Positions 18,401 to 28,504 of a DNA stretch of 64,000 nt are shown here, in pieces. The position numbers and the translations under genes were made by a program. Source of the DNA: a virus; IMG/VR virus record IMGVR_UViG_3300031754_000001, positions 75,584 through 139,583 of that record; one strand, written 5' to 3'. The notes under the pieces were generated by a model that was not told the origin of the DNA, searched no databases, and worked only from the letters and a program-made list of their open reading frames with translations. The stretch's first letter is position 1; each line of letters starts with the position of its first letter.

Positions 18401-18949
18401 TTACATCGCCACGACCGGCTTGACAGCCCCGCGGAAAGCCGGGTCGTTCTCCGCGGCCTCGGCCAGCAGCTCGCGCATCGGCCCGGACACCGCCGCGCTA
18501 GACCCGCCGCCGGCCCCGCGGTGCCGGGCCACGGTAAGCCGCCGGATCACCGCGTCGTGAGTGGGCAGCGACCAGACCGTGTACTGCGGGTACTCGGTGA
18601 TCACCTCCGCCGGGATACGGCGCCGGGATTCCTCCAGCGTCATGGGCGGGCACTGCTCGCGGCCGGGCCGGGACGGCAGGACCCCGCAGTAGACCGTCTT
18701 CTCCGGCAGCTCATCCCGCGAGGTCCGGACCGGCTTGCGGACATGGGCAGCCCCGCCGGGCGCGTGCCACACCGTGCTGATGCTGGCCTGGACGAAGATG
18801 TACGTGCCGTCCGCCTTGCGGTAGAGGCTGGCGTCCATCCACCGGGCACGCTGCCGGTCTTTCGGGTCCAGCCTGGTGCTGACCGGCCCGGCGATGCGCT
18901 CTCCCTCGAACTCGTACACCACGGATTCGTCTTCGATGCGCACCTTCAT
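18401..18949 (-). CDS. hypothetical protein
   Basis: EFEGERI...RW....LYRKADGTY; RBS upstream. Confidence 0.65.
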   Translation of the reverse strand: MKVRIEDESVVYEFEGERIAGPVSTRLDPKDRQRARWMDASLYRKADGTYIFVQASISTVWHAPGGAAHVRKPVRTSRDELPEKTVYCGVLPSRPGREQCPPMTLEESRRRIPAEVITEYPQYTVWSLPTHDAVIRRLTVARHRGAGGGSSAAVSGPMRELLAEAAENDPAFRGAVKPVVAM

Positions 18950-19054
18950 GTCGTCGTTCTCCGTCTCTCCTGATCGTCGGCCTGCATCTGACAGCGTACC
19001 GGCGGCCGGGTTATCCTGGCAGGGCAGCACACGACCGACGATCAGGAGACCACG

Positions 19055-19435
19055 ATGAACGCGCACCCCGGCGGCATGCCCGTACCCCCGCAGCAGGCGC
19101 AGGAGCCAGCCCGGCTGGCGGTGACGCCCGTGCCCGGCAGCCTGCTGGATGACCTGCTCGGCCAGGAAGACGCCGCCGAGGCCGCCGCGCGGGAAGCCGC
19201 CGACCGGCTCCGGTCGCTGCGGGACCGGATCAAGGCCGAGCTGACCCAGGCCCATCCCGGCGTCGCGAAATTCGACATCGCGGGCACCCCGCACCGGCCG
19301 GCGAAAAGCATGACCTGGGTGGATACCGTCCGCCTGGACACCCGGGCGATGAAGGAGCGGGAGCCGGAAACCTACGTCCGGTACGCTGTCTTCGGCGGGC
19401 GGTGGGAACTGCGCACGGCCCGGGGCGGACTGTGA
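19055..19435 (+). CDS. hypothetical protein
   Basis: AGGAGA RBS; RLDTRAMKEREPETY motif; first gene of the rightward operon. Confidence 0.7.
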   Translation: MNAHPGGMPVPPQQAQEPARLAVTPVPGSLLDDLLGQEDAAEAAAREAADRLRSLRDRIKAELTQAHPGVAKFDIAGTPHRPAKSMTWVDTVRLDTRAMKEREPETYVRYAVFGGRWELRTARGGL

Positions 19436-19847
19436 TGAGCGCCCGCCGGGGCGGCATTCCCGGTCGCCGCTGGTCTGACCCGGAACCCTGCGGCACGCCC
19501 GCGGCTTACCGGCGGCACCTCCGGCACGGCGAGAATACCTGCCGGTCCTGCCGCCAGGCCGAGCAGCGCCGCCAGGCCGGACGGCCGAGGCCGCGGCGCC
19601 GGGCGCAGGAGCTGGCCGCGTGAACCGGGAACTGATGCCCTGCGGGACGCCGGGGGCGTACCGGCGGCACCAGCGCCGCCACGAGAAGATCTGCCGGGCG
19701 TGCAAGGACTGGTACAACGCGAGCCGGCCGCGGACCCGGAAGGACGGAACCGGCCACTTGGTCCTGCTTCCCGGCGTCATCGAGCCCGCCGGGCTGTGCG
19801 ACTGCCCGCTGAACGAGGCGCACTGGGCCGGCCAGGAGGCGTCATGA
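19435..19847 (+). other. two tandem small zinc-binding proteins (19435-19623, 19620-19847)
   Basis: Both carry PCGTP.AYRRH.R..E..C..C. Confidence 0.65.
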
Positions 19848-20028
19848 TCCCCGGCTGGCTGGGCTGGGGAATCGCCCTGTTTGCCGCGGGCCTCACTGCC
19901 GCCTGCCTGCTCCTGCCCCCGCTCCTGCGCCGCCATCCGGTCCTGGCGTGGCCGGAGGACTGGCGGGTGGCATGGCGGCTGCGGCGGGGCCGCCGGGGAA
20001 TGTCAGACCCCGGTGATAGGCATGAGTC

Positions 20029-20853
20029 ATGACGACTCCCCAGACCATGACCGCGGCTGCTTTCATGGGCACCGTGCCGGCGATGTCCGGCGGCAATACC
20101 CCGTTCGCCGCCCGGTACGCCCGCGAGCTGCGCGACGTGATCCTCCGCCAGGCAAGCCGCCAGCCCCGGAACCTGCAAGTGCACCTCGGCCCATCCGAAA
20201 TCGGGTCCGAATGCGATCGCCAGGTGGTCGGCAAGTTCGCCGGCGAGCCGCACACCAACCACGTTGGTGACCCGTGGGCCTCGATCGTGGGGACCGCAGT
20301 GCACGCCTGGCTGGCTGAGAAGTTCGGCCTGGAGAACAGCCTGAACGGGTACCTTCGCTGGATTACCGAACGGCAAGTCGCCCCGCACCCGGCTTACCCT
20401 GGGCACGCTGACCTGTATGACGGGATCGAGGAAGCCGTCGTTGACTGGAAGATCCTCGGCCCGACGTCGATGGCCAAGGTAATGTCCCCGGCTGGCCCGT
20501 CGCGGCGTTACCAGGTGCAGCTGCTGCTGTACGCGGCCGGCTACCGGAACCTGGGTGCCCCGGTAAAACGAGTAGTCCTGGCCGCGCTGCCCCGGACATC
20601 TCCCACCCTGGATTCCATGTACTGCTGGGAGCACCTGTGCTCGCCCGCGGACGACCAGCTCATCGCCGGCGTCCTGGACGAGACCGCGTTCCGCCGGGAG
20701 CTGGCTCGGCATGTCCTAGCAGGTCAGATCAATATCGGCGATGTTCCCGTTACCCCCGGTGATGAGTGCATATGGTGCCCCTTCTACCGCCCGGAATCAG
20801 CCCGGGACGGTGCCCCCGGCTGCCCCGGCCACTCGCCGAGGATAGCCGGATGA
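20029..20853 (+). CDS. Cas4-like PD-(D/E)XK exonuclease
   Basis: GPSEIG.EC.R, GTAVH, GHADLYD, VVDWK, QLLLY, C..CPF. Confidence 0.85.
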   Translation: MTTPQTMTAAAFMGTVPAMSGGNTPFAARYARELRDVILRQASRQPRNLQVHLGPSEIGSECDRQVVGKFAGEPHTNHVGDPWASIVGTAVHAWLAEKFGLENSLNGYLRWITERQVAPHPAYPGHADLYDGIEEAVVDWKILGPTSMAKVMSPAGPSRRYQVQLLLYAAGYRNLGAPVKRVVLAALPRTSPTLDSMYCWEHLCSPADDQLIAGVLDETAFRRELARHVLAGQINIGDVPVTPGDECIWCPFYRPESARDGAPGCPGHSPRIAG

Positions 20854-20987
20854 CGGCACATTGCCTGTCTCATGCCGTCTCGTGCTGTCTGAAATAACAC
20901 ATCAGTGGTGTAATGTGGGAACCCCCGGGTGCCACTGGCGCAGGGGCGACATTTCCAGTCTCAGTTCCCAGTCCGCAGGAGGAGCAC

Positions 20988-22148
20988 ATGACTTACCCCC
21001 AGCAGGGTTACGGCCAGGGCTACGACCCGGCCCAGCCTGGCTACGGCCCGGGTCCGGGCTACGGTCAGCCAGGCCCGGGTTACGCCCAGCCGCCCGCCCA
21101 GGGCTATGCCCAGCCAGCCCAGGGCTACGGGGCACCCCCGAACCAGGGCTACGGTCCCGGTTACGGGGTGCCCCAGGGTCCGCCGCCGCCCCGCGGCACC
21201 GTCACCGGTTTCTTCAGCCAGCCGGCCGCGTCCGGCGCGTCCCTGGCAAAGTTCTTCCAGAACCCCGGGCAGCAGATCGCCGGGATCGTCGCCCGCCCCA
21301 TCACCGACGCCGACATCCGCGTGCAGACCAACATGCAGTCCGGTCAGGTGCAGACCTGGCGGGACGGCAACGCCAAGTTCCACATGGTCGTCCCGCTCCT
21401 GGTGCAGCAGAGCCAGCTGTTCCCCGAGGGCAAGGCCGCCTGGTACGTCAAGGGCCAGGCGAAGGAGGAGCTGGCCAGGGCGATGGCCGAGGCCGGCGTC
21501 CCGCTCGGCGAGGACGGCCTGCCGCAGCCGCCAGAGATGGGGGCCTGGATCCAGATCACCTTCACCGGCCTGCGCCAGATCCCGGGCATGAACGCGGCCA
21601 AGCAGTTCGCCGTGGTCTACCGCCGCCCGGATGCCCGCGCGAACGGGCAGCACCCGGCCCAGGGGCAGGCCCTGCAGCAGGCAACCGCCCCGGAGATGTC
21701 TCAGCTGGCCCAGCAGCAGTTCGCCCAGGCCGGAGTCCCGCAAGGCTACCAGGACCGGGGAGCCCCGGGGAACTGGGACAGCCCGCAATACGAGTACCAG
21801 GTCCCGCCGCAAAACCAGCCAGGTCCGTCCCAGGGTCAAGGCTGGCAGCCGGCCGCTACCGGTTTCAGCGGGCAGCCGCTCGGCCAGGCTCCGCAAGATC
21901 CCGGTCAGCCGGCTTACCAGCAGCCCCCGGTCCAGGGGCAGGGAATGCAAGGTCCCGCCGCGCAGGTGGCCCAGGCTACCCAGGCCGCCACCCAGGCCGC
22001 CCAGCAGTACCAGCCGGCTTACCAGCAGCCCGCCGGCCAGGGCTGGCAGGGTCCGCCGCAGGGCGCTGACCCGGCGCAGATGTCACCCGAGCGGCAGGCA
22101 CTGCTGGCCCGGCTGACCCAGCAGGGCGCGCCACCGCAGCCGCAGTAG
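20988..22148 (+). CDS. putative single-stranded DNA-binding protein with Q/G/P/Y-rich tails
   Basis: Core F.NPG..I.G.V...TW.DG..K...YVKG...G..I.ITFTG; lies between exonuclease and helicase; GGAGGAG RBS. Confidence 0.6.
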   Translation: MTYPQQGYGQGYDPAQPGYGPGPGYGQPGPGYAQPPAQGYAQPAQGYGAPPNQGYGPGYGVPQGPPPPRGTVTGFFSQPAASGASLAKFFQNPGQQIAGIVARPITDADIRVQTNMQSGQVQTWRDGNAKFHMVVPLLVQQSQLFPEGKAAWYVKGQAKEELARAMAEAGVPLGEDGLPQPPEMGAWIQITFTGLRQIPGMNAAKQFAVVYRRPDARANGQHPAQGQALQQATAPEMSQLAQQQFAQAGVPQGYQDRGAPGNWDSPQYEYQVPPQNQPGPSQGQGWQPAATGFSGQPLGQAPQDPGQPAYQQPPVQGQGMQGPAAQVAQATQAATQAAQQYQPAYQQPAGQGWQGPPQGADPAQMSPERQALLARLTQQGAPPQPQ

Positions 22149-22157
22149 CAGGCCCGC

Positions 22158-22200
22158 GCTCCGGCCGGGGTCGCGGGTCATCCCGTGCCCCGGCCGGAGC
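22158..22200 (+). terminator. long GC hairpin after SSB
   Basis: GCTCCGGCCGGGG/CCCCGGCCGGAGC 13-bp arms plus an inner stem. Confidence 0.5.
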
Positions 22201-22254
22201 CATCTTCATACCCGCGAGTAACCCCGTGAGCCACTGCCAGCATCCGGAGTCCTG

Positions 22255-22864
22255 ATGGCGATCACTATTCCCCCCTGTGGCTCTCACTGCGGGATCACCG
22301 GCCCCCGCGAAGGCCACTGCGATTGCGAGCTGTGCCACGACGGCATGGCGCCTATCGTCATCACCCGCGGCGACCTGCTGACTATCGTGCCGCGGCAGCC
22401 GATGTGCGGTCGCTGGTACGAGCGCGCCGGAGAGTACCGTCCCTGGATGACCGGGAGCGACCCCGGCTGCCGGTGCGGGGTATCACCGCACGCGCTGCCG
22501 TACCAGCACGGCGGGCACTGCCCGGTCCGCCAGGACTACGACCGGAAGCGGCTGGGAGACCCGGACGGCGGATGGTGCCCGTGATCTGCGAGACCTGCCC
22601 GAAATACGTCAACGTCGCCCTGTACCGCTGCCCTCACTGCGATCTGCTCTTGTGCCCGCGCTGCCGCAGGTGGTTCACTCCGCCTGCCCGGATCAGGGGC
22701 GCAGCATGATCATTCCCTGCCCGGAATGCCCGAAGGTGTTCGAGGTCAGCGACGCGGACCCGGATGCCACGCTGTCCGACCTGTGGGAACACCTGTACGA
22801 GCACGCCCCGGACCACGACCGGCGGAAGCAGCTGTTCATCAAGGCCCAGGAGCAGGCGGCATGA
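22255..22864 (+). other. small Cys-rich genes (22255-22584, 22706-22864)
   Basis: CxxC/H motifs; overlaps with neighbours. Confidence 0.45.
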
Positions 22865-24699
22865 CGGCCCTTCAGTTCACGCCCCGGAACCAGTGGCAGC
22901 CGGCCGCCCCCGCCACAGTGTTCGGCGAGCTGACCGCGGACGGCACCCAGATCGTCCTGATCGGCCAGGGCAGTGACTGGGACCTGGACCAGATCGCCGC
23001 GCGGTTGCGGATGCTGACCGCGAATCCCGTGCTGGTACGCGACGCGGACGGCCGGGATACCGACGCCATGCTCGTACCCGCCAGCTGGGCGAGCGTGGTC
23101 CAGCTCGGCTTCTCGTTCAACGGCTTCCCCGGGTTCGCCTGGCTGCCGCAACCCCGGCTGAACGAGTGGATCATCGCCGAGACGGTCCGCCGGACCTCCC
23201 CGGTGCCGCCGCTGCCGGACGATCTCTGGCCGCCGTGGCTGGAACCGCGCCCGTACCAGCTGGACGGCGCCGCGCAGATCGCGGCCGAGGGGAAATTCCT
23301 GCTCCTGGACGATCCGGGCGTCGGGAAAACTATTTCAGCGATCCTCGGCCTGCTGGGACGCCAGCACGCGGGACACGAGATCTTCCCGCTGGTCATCGTC
23401 GTCCCGTCCTGGGAGGTCGGCCGGGCCTGGGCCGATGAGATCGCCGCGTGGGCACCGGGCTGGCCGGAACCGGTCATGCACAAGGGGCCGGACCGGTTCG
23501 GCAAGATCACCCGCAAGCGCGGCCAGCCGCCCGGTGACTCGGTGTTCATCACCACCTACGCCACCCTGCGGGCCGACGCCGCCAGCATGCGCGGCCCGCT
23601 AGTCCGGCTGGCGCCCGCCGCGATGGTAGCCGATGAGTTCCACCTGGCTAAGAACCCCCGGGCTCAGCAGAGCCTCGCGCTGCAGCGAGTCGCCCGGCAG
23701 GCCGGCACGTTCGTGGCCCTGTCCGGCACGCCCATTACCTACGACACAGGTGATGTGCAACCGGTGATGGAGGCTGCCTGGCCGGATGACTGGCCGAGCA
23801 AGAAACGGATGACCTCGCGGTACTGCGCGCGAATCGAAGAGGAGTACGGCGAGCGCATCGTGGGCCTGAACCCGGCTGCCGCGCCGGAATTCTTCGCGAT
23901 CATGGACCGGAACATGCGCCGGGTCGCCAAGGCCGACGTGCTGCCCTGGCTGCCGCCGAAAATCTGGTCGGTGCGCCGCCCGGACATCCCGGATGAGTGG
24001 ATGAAAGCGTACCGGACTATGGAGGAGGACATGCTGGCGCAGCTGCCGGACGGCTCCGAGCTGCCGGTGATGTCCGTCCTGGTCAAGATGATGCGGCTGA
24101 GCCAGCTCGCGTCCTGCGCGGCCGACGTGGAGCGCACCGAGGAATGGGACGAGAACCTGCAGGCGGTCGTGCCGAAGTACGCGGTCACGCTGAAGCCGCC
24201 CAGCTGGAAGGCGGACTCGCTGCTGGAAGTCATGGCCGAACGGCCCGGGGCACCCGTCGTCGCGTTCACCGCGTCCCGCCAGCTGGCCATGATCACCGGG
24301 CAGGCGTGCGAGCAGGCGGGGCACCGGACCGGGTACATCACCGGGATCGGCGACGGCATCACCAGCAGAACCCGGCAGAAGGCGATCGATGACTTCCAGG
24401 CCGGCAAGCTGGACGTGATCGTGGCCACCGCCAAGGCCGGCGGCACCGGGATCACGCTCACCCGCGCGGGCACCGCAGTGTTCCTGCAGCGGAACTGGGA
24501 GCTGTCCGCCGGGGTCCAGCCGGAAGACCGGCTTCATCGCATCGGCCAGGAGCACGAGTCCGTGGAGATCATCGACATTGTGGCCGAAAACACGGTCGAA
24601 AGCAGGGTAAGGCAGCGACTCAGGGAGAAGGCGGGCATGCTGGGTGAGCTAGTACGAGACCGGCGTATCGTGACTGAACTTCTCGGGGGGATCAGGTGA
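22861..24699 (+). CDS. SNF2-family DNA helicase
   Basis: DDPGVGKT, ADEFH, LSGTP, QPEDRLHRIGQ. Confidence 0.9.
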   Translation: MTALQFTPRNQWQPAAPATVFGELTADGTQIVLIGQGSDWDLDQIAARLRMLTANPVLVRDADGRDTDAMLVPASWASVVQLGFSFNGFPGFAWLPQPRLNEWIIAETVRRTSPVPPLPDDLWPPWLEPRPYQLDGAAQIAAEGKFLLLDDPGVGKTISAILGLLGRQHAGHEIFPLVIVVPSWEVGRAWADEIAAWAPGWPEPVMHKGPDRFGKITRKRGQPPGDSVFITTYATLRADAASMRGPLVRLAPAAMVADEFHLAKNPRAQQSLALQRVARQAGTFVALSGTPITYDTGDVQPVMEAAWPDDWPSKKRMTSRYCARIEEEYGERIVGLNPAAAPEFFAIMDRNMRRVAKADVLPWLPPKIWSVRRPDIPDEWMKAYRTMEEDMLAQLPDGSELPVMSVLVKMMRLSQLASCAADVERTEEWDENLQAVVPKYAVTLKPPSWKADSLLEVMAERPGAPVVAFTASRQLAMITGQACEQAGHRTGYITGIGDGITSRTRQKAIDDFQAGKLDVIVATAKAGGTGITLTRAGTAVFLQRNWELSAGVQPEDRLHRIGQEHESVEIIDIVAENTVESRVRQRLREKAGMLGELVRDRRIVTELLGGIR

Positions 24700-24950
24700 G
24701 CCGGCAACCCCGGGACCCTATCCCGCACCTGGCCGCGCTCATCGACGGGCTGCACCGGGCAGCTCTGCAGAATAACCGGGACGGCACGCTGCTGATCCTG
24801 GCTGACCTGCTAACCGGGCCGTACGCGGCATTGCGCGGCGGCCTGCTGCTGGACGAGCCGGGCTGGGAGAACATGAGTACCAAAGACGCCATCCGCGAGG
24901 CGCTAAACGCGAAAGCACGACAGGACCACGATCAGGAGGACACGACATGA
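24696..24950 (+). CDS. hypothetical protein
   Basis: Coupled ORF. Confidence 0.55.
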   Translation: MSRQPRDPIPHLAALIDGLHRAALQNNRDGTLLILADLLTGPYAALRGGLLLDEPGWENMSTKDAIREALNAKARQDHDQEDTT

Positions 24951-25513
24951 ACCAGCACACGCATTACCACGACGACCTCGCCGCCCTGCGAGAACTGGAC
25001 ATCACCGACGACAGGCTGGCTACCGCGGAAACCGTCCTCACCGTCATGCGGGAGTGCTTCCGGGCGGCGAGGGAACGTCAGCGGATCCGGGTCACCGAAG
25101 ACGGCCAGACGATCGCCTGGATCGTCCCGGCCCAGGAGCCTGACGGACCGGACCTGGAGATCGGCAGGGATCCGGGCGGGAACACCGATTTCGGCCAGTA
25201 CATCCTGCAGGCGATCCGCGCAGCCCGGGACGGCCGGCGAACCCGGATCGTCATGCACGGCACGCCCGTCGCCACGATCAGCCCGTACCGCCCGGACGGC
25301 CCGGACCTGCTGACAGCCCTCGTCTACGGCGACGGGATAGACGACCTGAAGACGGCGGCCCTGCGCAAGGCACAGCGGCTGTACGGAGACGCGGCCCCGC
25401 TGCAGATCATCCGGATCAGCACCCTGCGCACCTCATCTGGCAGCCAGGGAAAGTTCACGGCGGACATCACCGTCTGGTGCCGCCAGCTGCCCGCGGGGTG
25501 GGATGTCCCGTGA
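24947..25513 (+). CDS. tandem Phd/YefM-like domain protein
   Basis: RIRVTEDGQTIAWIVP and RTRIVMHGTPVATISP. Confidence 0.5.
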   Translation: MNQHTHYHDDLAALRELDITDDRLATAETVLTVMRECFRAARERQRIRVTEDGQTIAWIVPAQEPDGPDLEIGRDPGGNTDFGQYILQAIRAARDGRRTRIVMHGTPVATISPYRPDGPDLLTALVYGDGIDDLKTAALRKAQRLYGDAAPLQIIRISTLRTSSGSQGKFTADITVWCRQLPAGWDVP

Positions 25514-26169
25514 ACGGGACCGATACCATCATCGAGCTGACCAGGCGCGGGTACGGGAGCCTCATCGCCGCCGACGCGATACGCCAGGCCGCCGCGAGCG
25601 AGAACGGGACCTTCTCGCTGGACCGGCACCGGGTGTCCGTGGACGCGAACGGGAACTGGGCGATCACGCCGCTGCCATGGCCCGAGGGCGCGGCGCGGCT
25701 GCCGTCACAGGCAATCTGGCGCAGCAGCCATGGCGCGACAGCCCTCATCCCGCCGCCTCACGTCCATGATGATGACGGCACGGCAGAGGGCTGCCCCGGC
25801 TGCTTCACCGATCCCGCCGGGCTGGCCGACGTCCTGCACGTCATCGAGGCGGTCGACGCGTACCTGGATGACGCCGGCCCGCAGTGGGCGAAGGATTGCC
25901 CGGAGGCGAATATGCAGCGCCGGATCGGCAAGGCCCAGCTGGAAGCGGCTGAGGCCATGGAGGAACTGAGCCTGCTTACCGGGGAGAACCCGCGCAAGGG
26001 CCGGCACCCCGAGGCCCGGGAGCGGATGCTGGGCGAGCTGGGCGATACCGCGTGCGCCGCGCTGCTCGGCATCCAGTCGGTCACCAAGGACACAGGCGCC
26101 ACCTGGACGGTCTTCCTGGAGGCCCTGGAGAAGGCCTGGAGCCGGGTGCCGCCGGAGGCCCGGCTGTGA
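25510..26169 (+). CDS. MazG-like nucleotide pyrophosphohydrolase
   Basis: K..LEAAEA.E....TGENPRKG...ELGD in the C-terminal half. Confidence 0.65.
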   Translation: MNGTDTIIELTRRGYGSLIAADAIRQAAASENGTFSLDRHRVSVDANGNWAITPLPWPEGAARLPSQAIWRSSHGATALIPPPHVHDDDGTAEGCPGCFTDPAGLADVLHVIEAVDAYLDDAGPQWAKDCPEANMQRRIGKAQLEAAEAMEELSLLTGENPRKGRHPEARERMLGELGDTACAALLGIQSVTKDTGATWTVFLEALEKAWSRVPPEARL

Positions 26170-27210
26170 GCGGCTGGCAGGTGCAAGCCCGGCTGCCGGA
26201 CGGCGCGATCACGATGTTCGGCGTCTACGCGGACACCGGGCACGCCGCCACTGTCAAGGCCCTGCAGCAGCTGGCCGCCTTCCCGCAGCCCTGGCACGCC
26301 GCGGAGATTACCGTAACTGCCGCCAGGTCACCGGACCGGAGCCCGTCATGACCAGGCTGACGGCCGTGCTGGCTGATCCCTCGCTGCCGCACCAGGTCGT
26401 GCTCGGGACCTTCAGCGGGGCGATCACGGTGAGCTGCAACTGCCTGGCCCCGCGGAAGGGACCGCAAGCTGGCCGGGGCTGTCCGCGGGGGATCATCGAA
26501 TCCAGGGCCGGGGCCTTCCCGGCGGCTGAGGCGATCGCCGCCTGGCGAGCCTGGCACGCAGAGCGGAGGATCGGGCTATGACCACCTCATGGAATATCGA
26601 GCCGGCCACGTACGATCATGCGCCCGGATGCCGCTGCCCGTCGTGCACGGCCACGCGGACCCGGCTGGTGCCCGTCCTGCGGGCCTGCACCCGGGATAAC
26701 GGCAATTCCTGGCAGACGATGACCTGGCAGGCCATGCCCGGCGTCAGCGGTCCGGCTGGCTGCGAGGGCTGTCACGCACCACCCTCGGATGACCCGCGTG
26801 CCCATGCTGGCGATTGCCCCCGCCGCGCGGCACCGGAGAAAGCCGCTAGCGCGGTCAGCAAGCCGGAGCCGGATCCGGTGCGGGAGATCCTGGCCGTGAT
26901 CGGCGAGCCGCTGGGCCTGGATGACGCATCATTGCCGTCGTACGCCAGCGCGCCCTCCGGGACCTGCGGATCCTGTCATCGCGGGCCGCTGTCCCGGGGT
27001 AACCGGTGCACCTACTGCGCGGCGCTGGACGGCTTGCAGGCAGCTTCCGCCAGCCGGCGCCTGTCCGGGGCCGTCCCGCCGCGCGATCACGCGGAACGCG
27101 ACTGCGATTATCCCCGCACGGCCGGGCTGCGCCTGCTGACCGCCTGCGCGGCGGTCGCCGCCGTCCTGGCCGTGGTCCTGGCGATCCTGCAGAAGGTGCC
27201 GCTGCCATGA
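26166..27210 (+). other. three coupled hypothetical genes (26166-26351, 26348-26581, 26578-27210 Cys-rich with C-terminal TM)
   Basis: ATGA/GTGA overlaps. Confidence 0.55.
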
Positions 27211-27794
27211 CCGGATCCGGCAAGCTGCCCCGGGTTCCCACCGGGAACAGCGACACGGGAATGGCGGGCTACCGGCTGCGCGAGGTGCGGCGGCCGGAGC
27301 CCGTCGCGTTCGCCCTCGGCATCGACCCCGGCCCTATCCCGGGTATCGTGCTGCTGCACCTGGCCGGCGGCGGCAAGCTGGGCAAAACCGCGGAGATCTT
27401 CCAGTGCAACGCGGCGACGGCGCCGTGGCTGCTGCGCCAGCTGCTCGGGAAGGACGGCATCGCCGGCGGCCGGGCCAGATGCGGCATGGAGGCGTTCGCT
27501 CCCGGCCGAGGTCCCGGCGCCCGGATGCAGACGGGCAAGGTCACCCGGGATCAGGTGGAGGAGCTGGCCGGGATCTGCGCGGAGCATGACGTGCCCGTCT
27601 CGGCCCGGAACGCGGGCATGGTGAAGCCGTGGGCCGAGGGAAACGACTGGAAGCGACTGCGGGCCTGCGGGCTGTACGACCTGACTGCCGGGAGCACCCA
27701 CGCGAGATCTGCCGCCGCGCAGGCGCTGTACTGCGCTGTCTGGGACTGCGGTTACCCGGATCCGGTTTCCCGTCAGGGAGGTTCCGGGTCATGA
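27207..27794 (+). CDS. RuvC-like Holliday junction resolvase
   Basis: ALGIDPG..PG, E.F and HARSAA (canonical H..DA, here with Ser for Asp). Confidence 0.7.
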   Translation: MTGSGKLPRVPTGNSDTGMAGYRLREVRRPEPVAFALGIDPGPIPGIVLLHLAGGGKLGKTAEIFQCNAATAPWLLRQLLGKDGIAGGRARCGMEAFAPGRGPGARMQTGKVTRDQVEELAGICAEHDVPVSARNAGMVKPWAEGNDWKRLRACGLYDLTAGSTHARSAAAQALYCAVWDCGYPDPVSRQGGSGS

Positions 27795-28009
27795 CGGCCG
27801 GCGAGGAGGCACGCGATGCCGCGCGCGAGAAGCCCGGGTAGGCGGGCCGGGACCTGCAGCCACTGCCAATGGCGATCGATCACATTCCCGGCAGGTCCCG
27901 GCCGCCAGACAGACCGGGGTACCTTTCTCCCCCCGCGAGTGAACGTGTCGGGCGCTTACACGATACCCCGCGGGCTCGCCGGCTACTCCTGCCAGACCCA
28001 GGGGGACAG

Positions 28010-28504
28010 ATGAACAGCACGGAAATCAGCGGCACGTCATGCCCGCAGTGCGATGACGGCAACTGGAACGACCTTGGCTGCATGACGTGCGGCCTGGAAT
28101 TCTTCCCGCCGTCCGAGGCGTACCAGGCTGCGGTACCGGTAAGCCTGCGCATAAAACGACTTCGCGCAAGCTGGGCTCCGGCTCCGCGCCTGACCCCGGC
28201 TGAAGACTGTTTCTGGGGGGCTTGTCTCGCCCGGGGTTACCCGTGGACTGACGATGTACTGCCGCAGGCTCGCATCGGTGCCTACCGGGCGGATTTCCTG
28301 CTAGCCGGAGCCAGGATCGTTATCGAGATCGATGGCTTCAGCAATCACGCGAAAACCGCTGACATCACGCGCGACCGGCAGCGGCAGCGCTGGCTGCAAG
28401 GTCAGGGCTATCAGGTCATCCGGTTCAGTAACACCGAAATCCAGCAGGCCCCGGAACGATGCGCGGCTGAAACTGACGCGCTGATTCGCGGGATGCTGTC
28501 ATGA
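28010..28504 (+). CDS. DUF559/Vsr-like endonuclease
   Basis: TPAE..., Q.RIG.YRADF, IVIEIDG..H...D..R..WL..GY.VIRFSN. Confidence 0.85.
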   Translation: MNSTEISGTSCPQCDDGNWNDLGCMTCGLEFFPPSEAYQAAVPVSLRIKRLRASWAPAPRLTPAEDCFWGACLARGYPWTDDVLPQARIGAYRADFLLAGARIVIEIDGFSNHAKTADITRDRQRQRWLQGQGYQVIRFSNTEIQQAPERCAAETDALIRGMLS

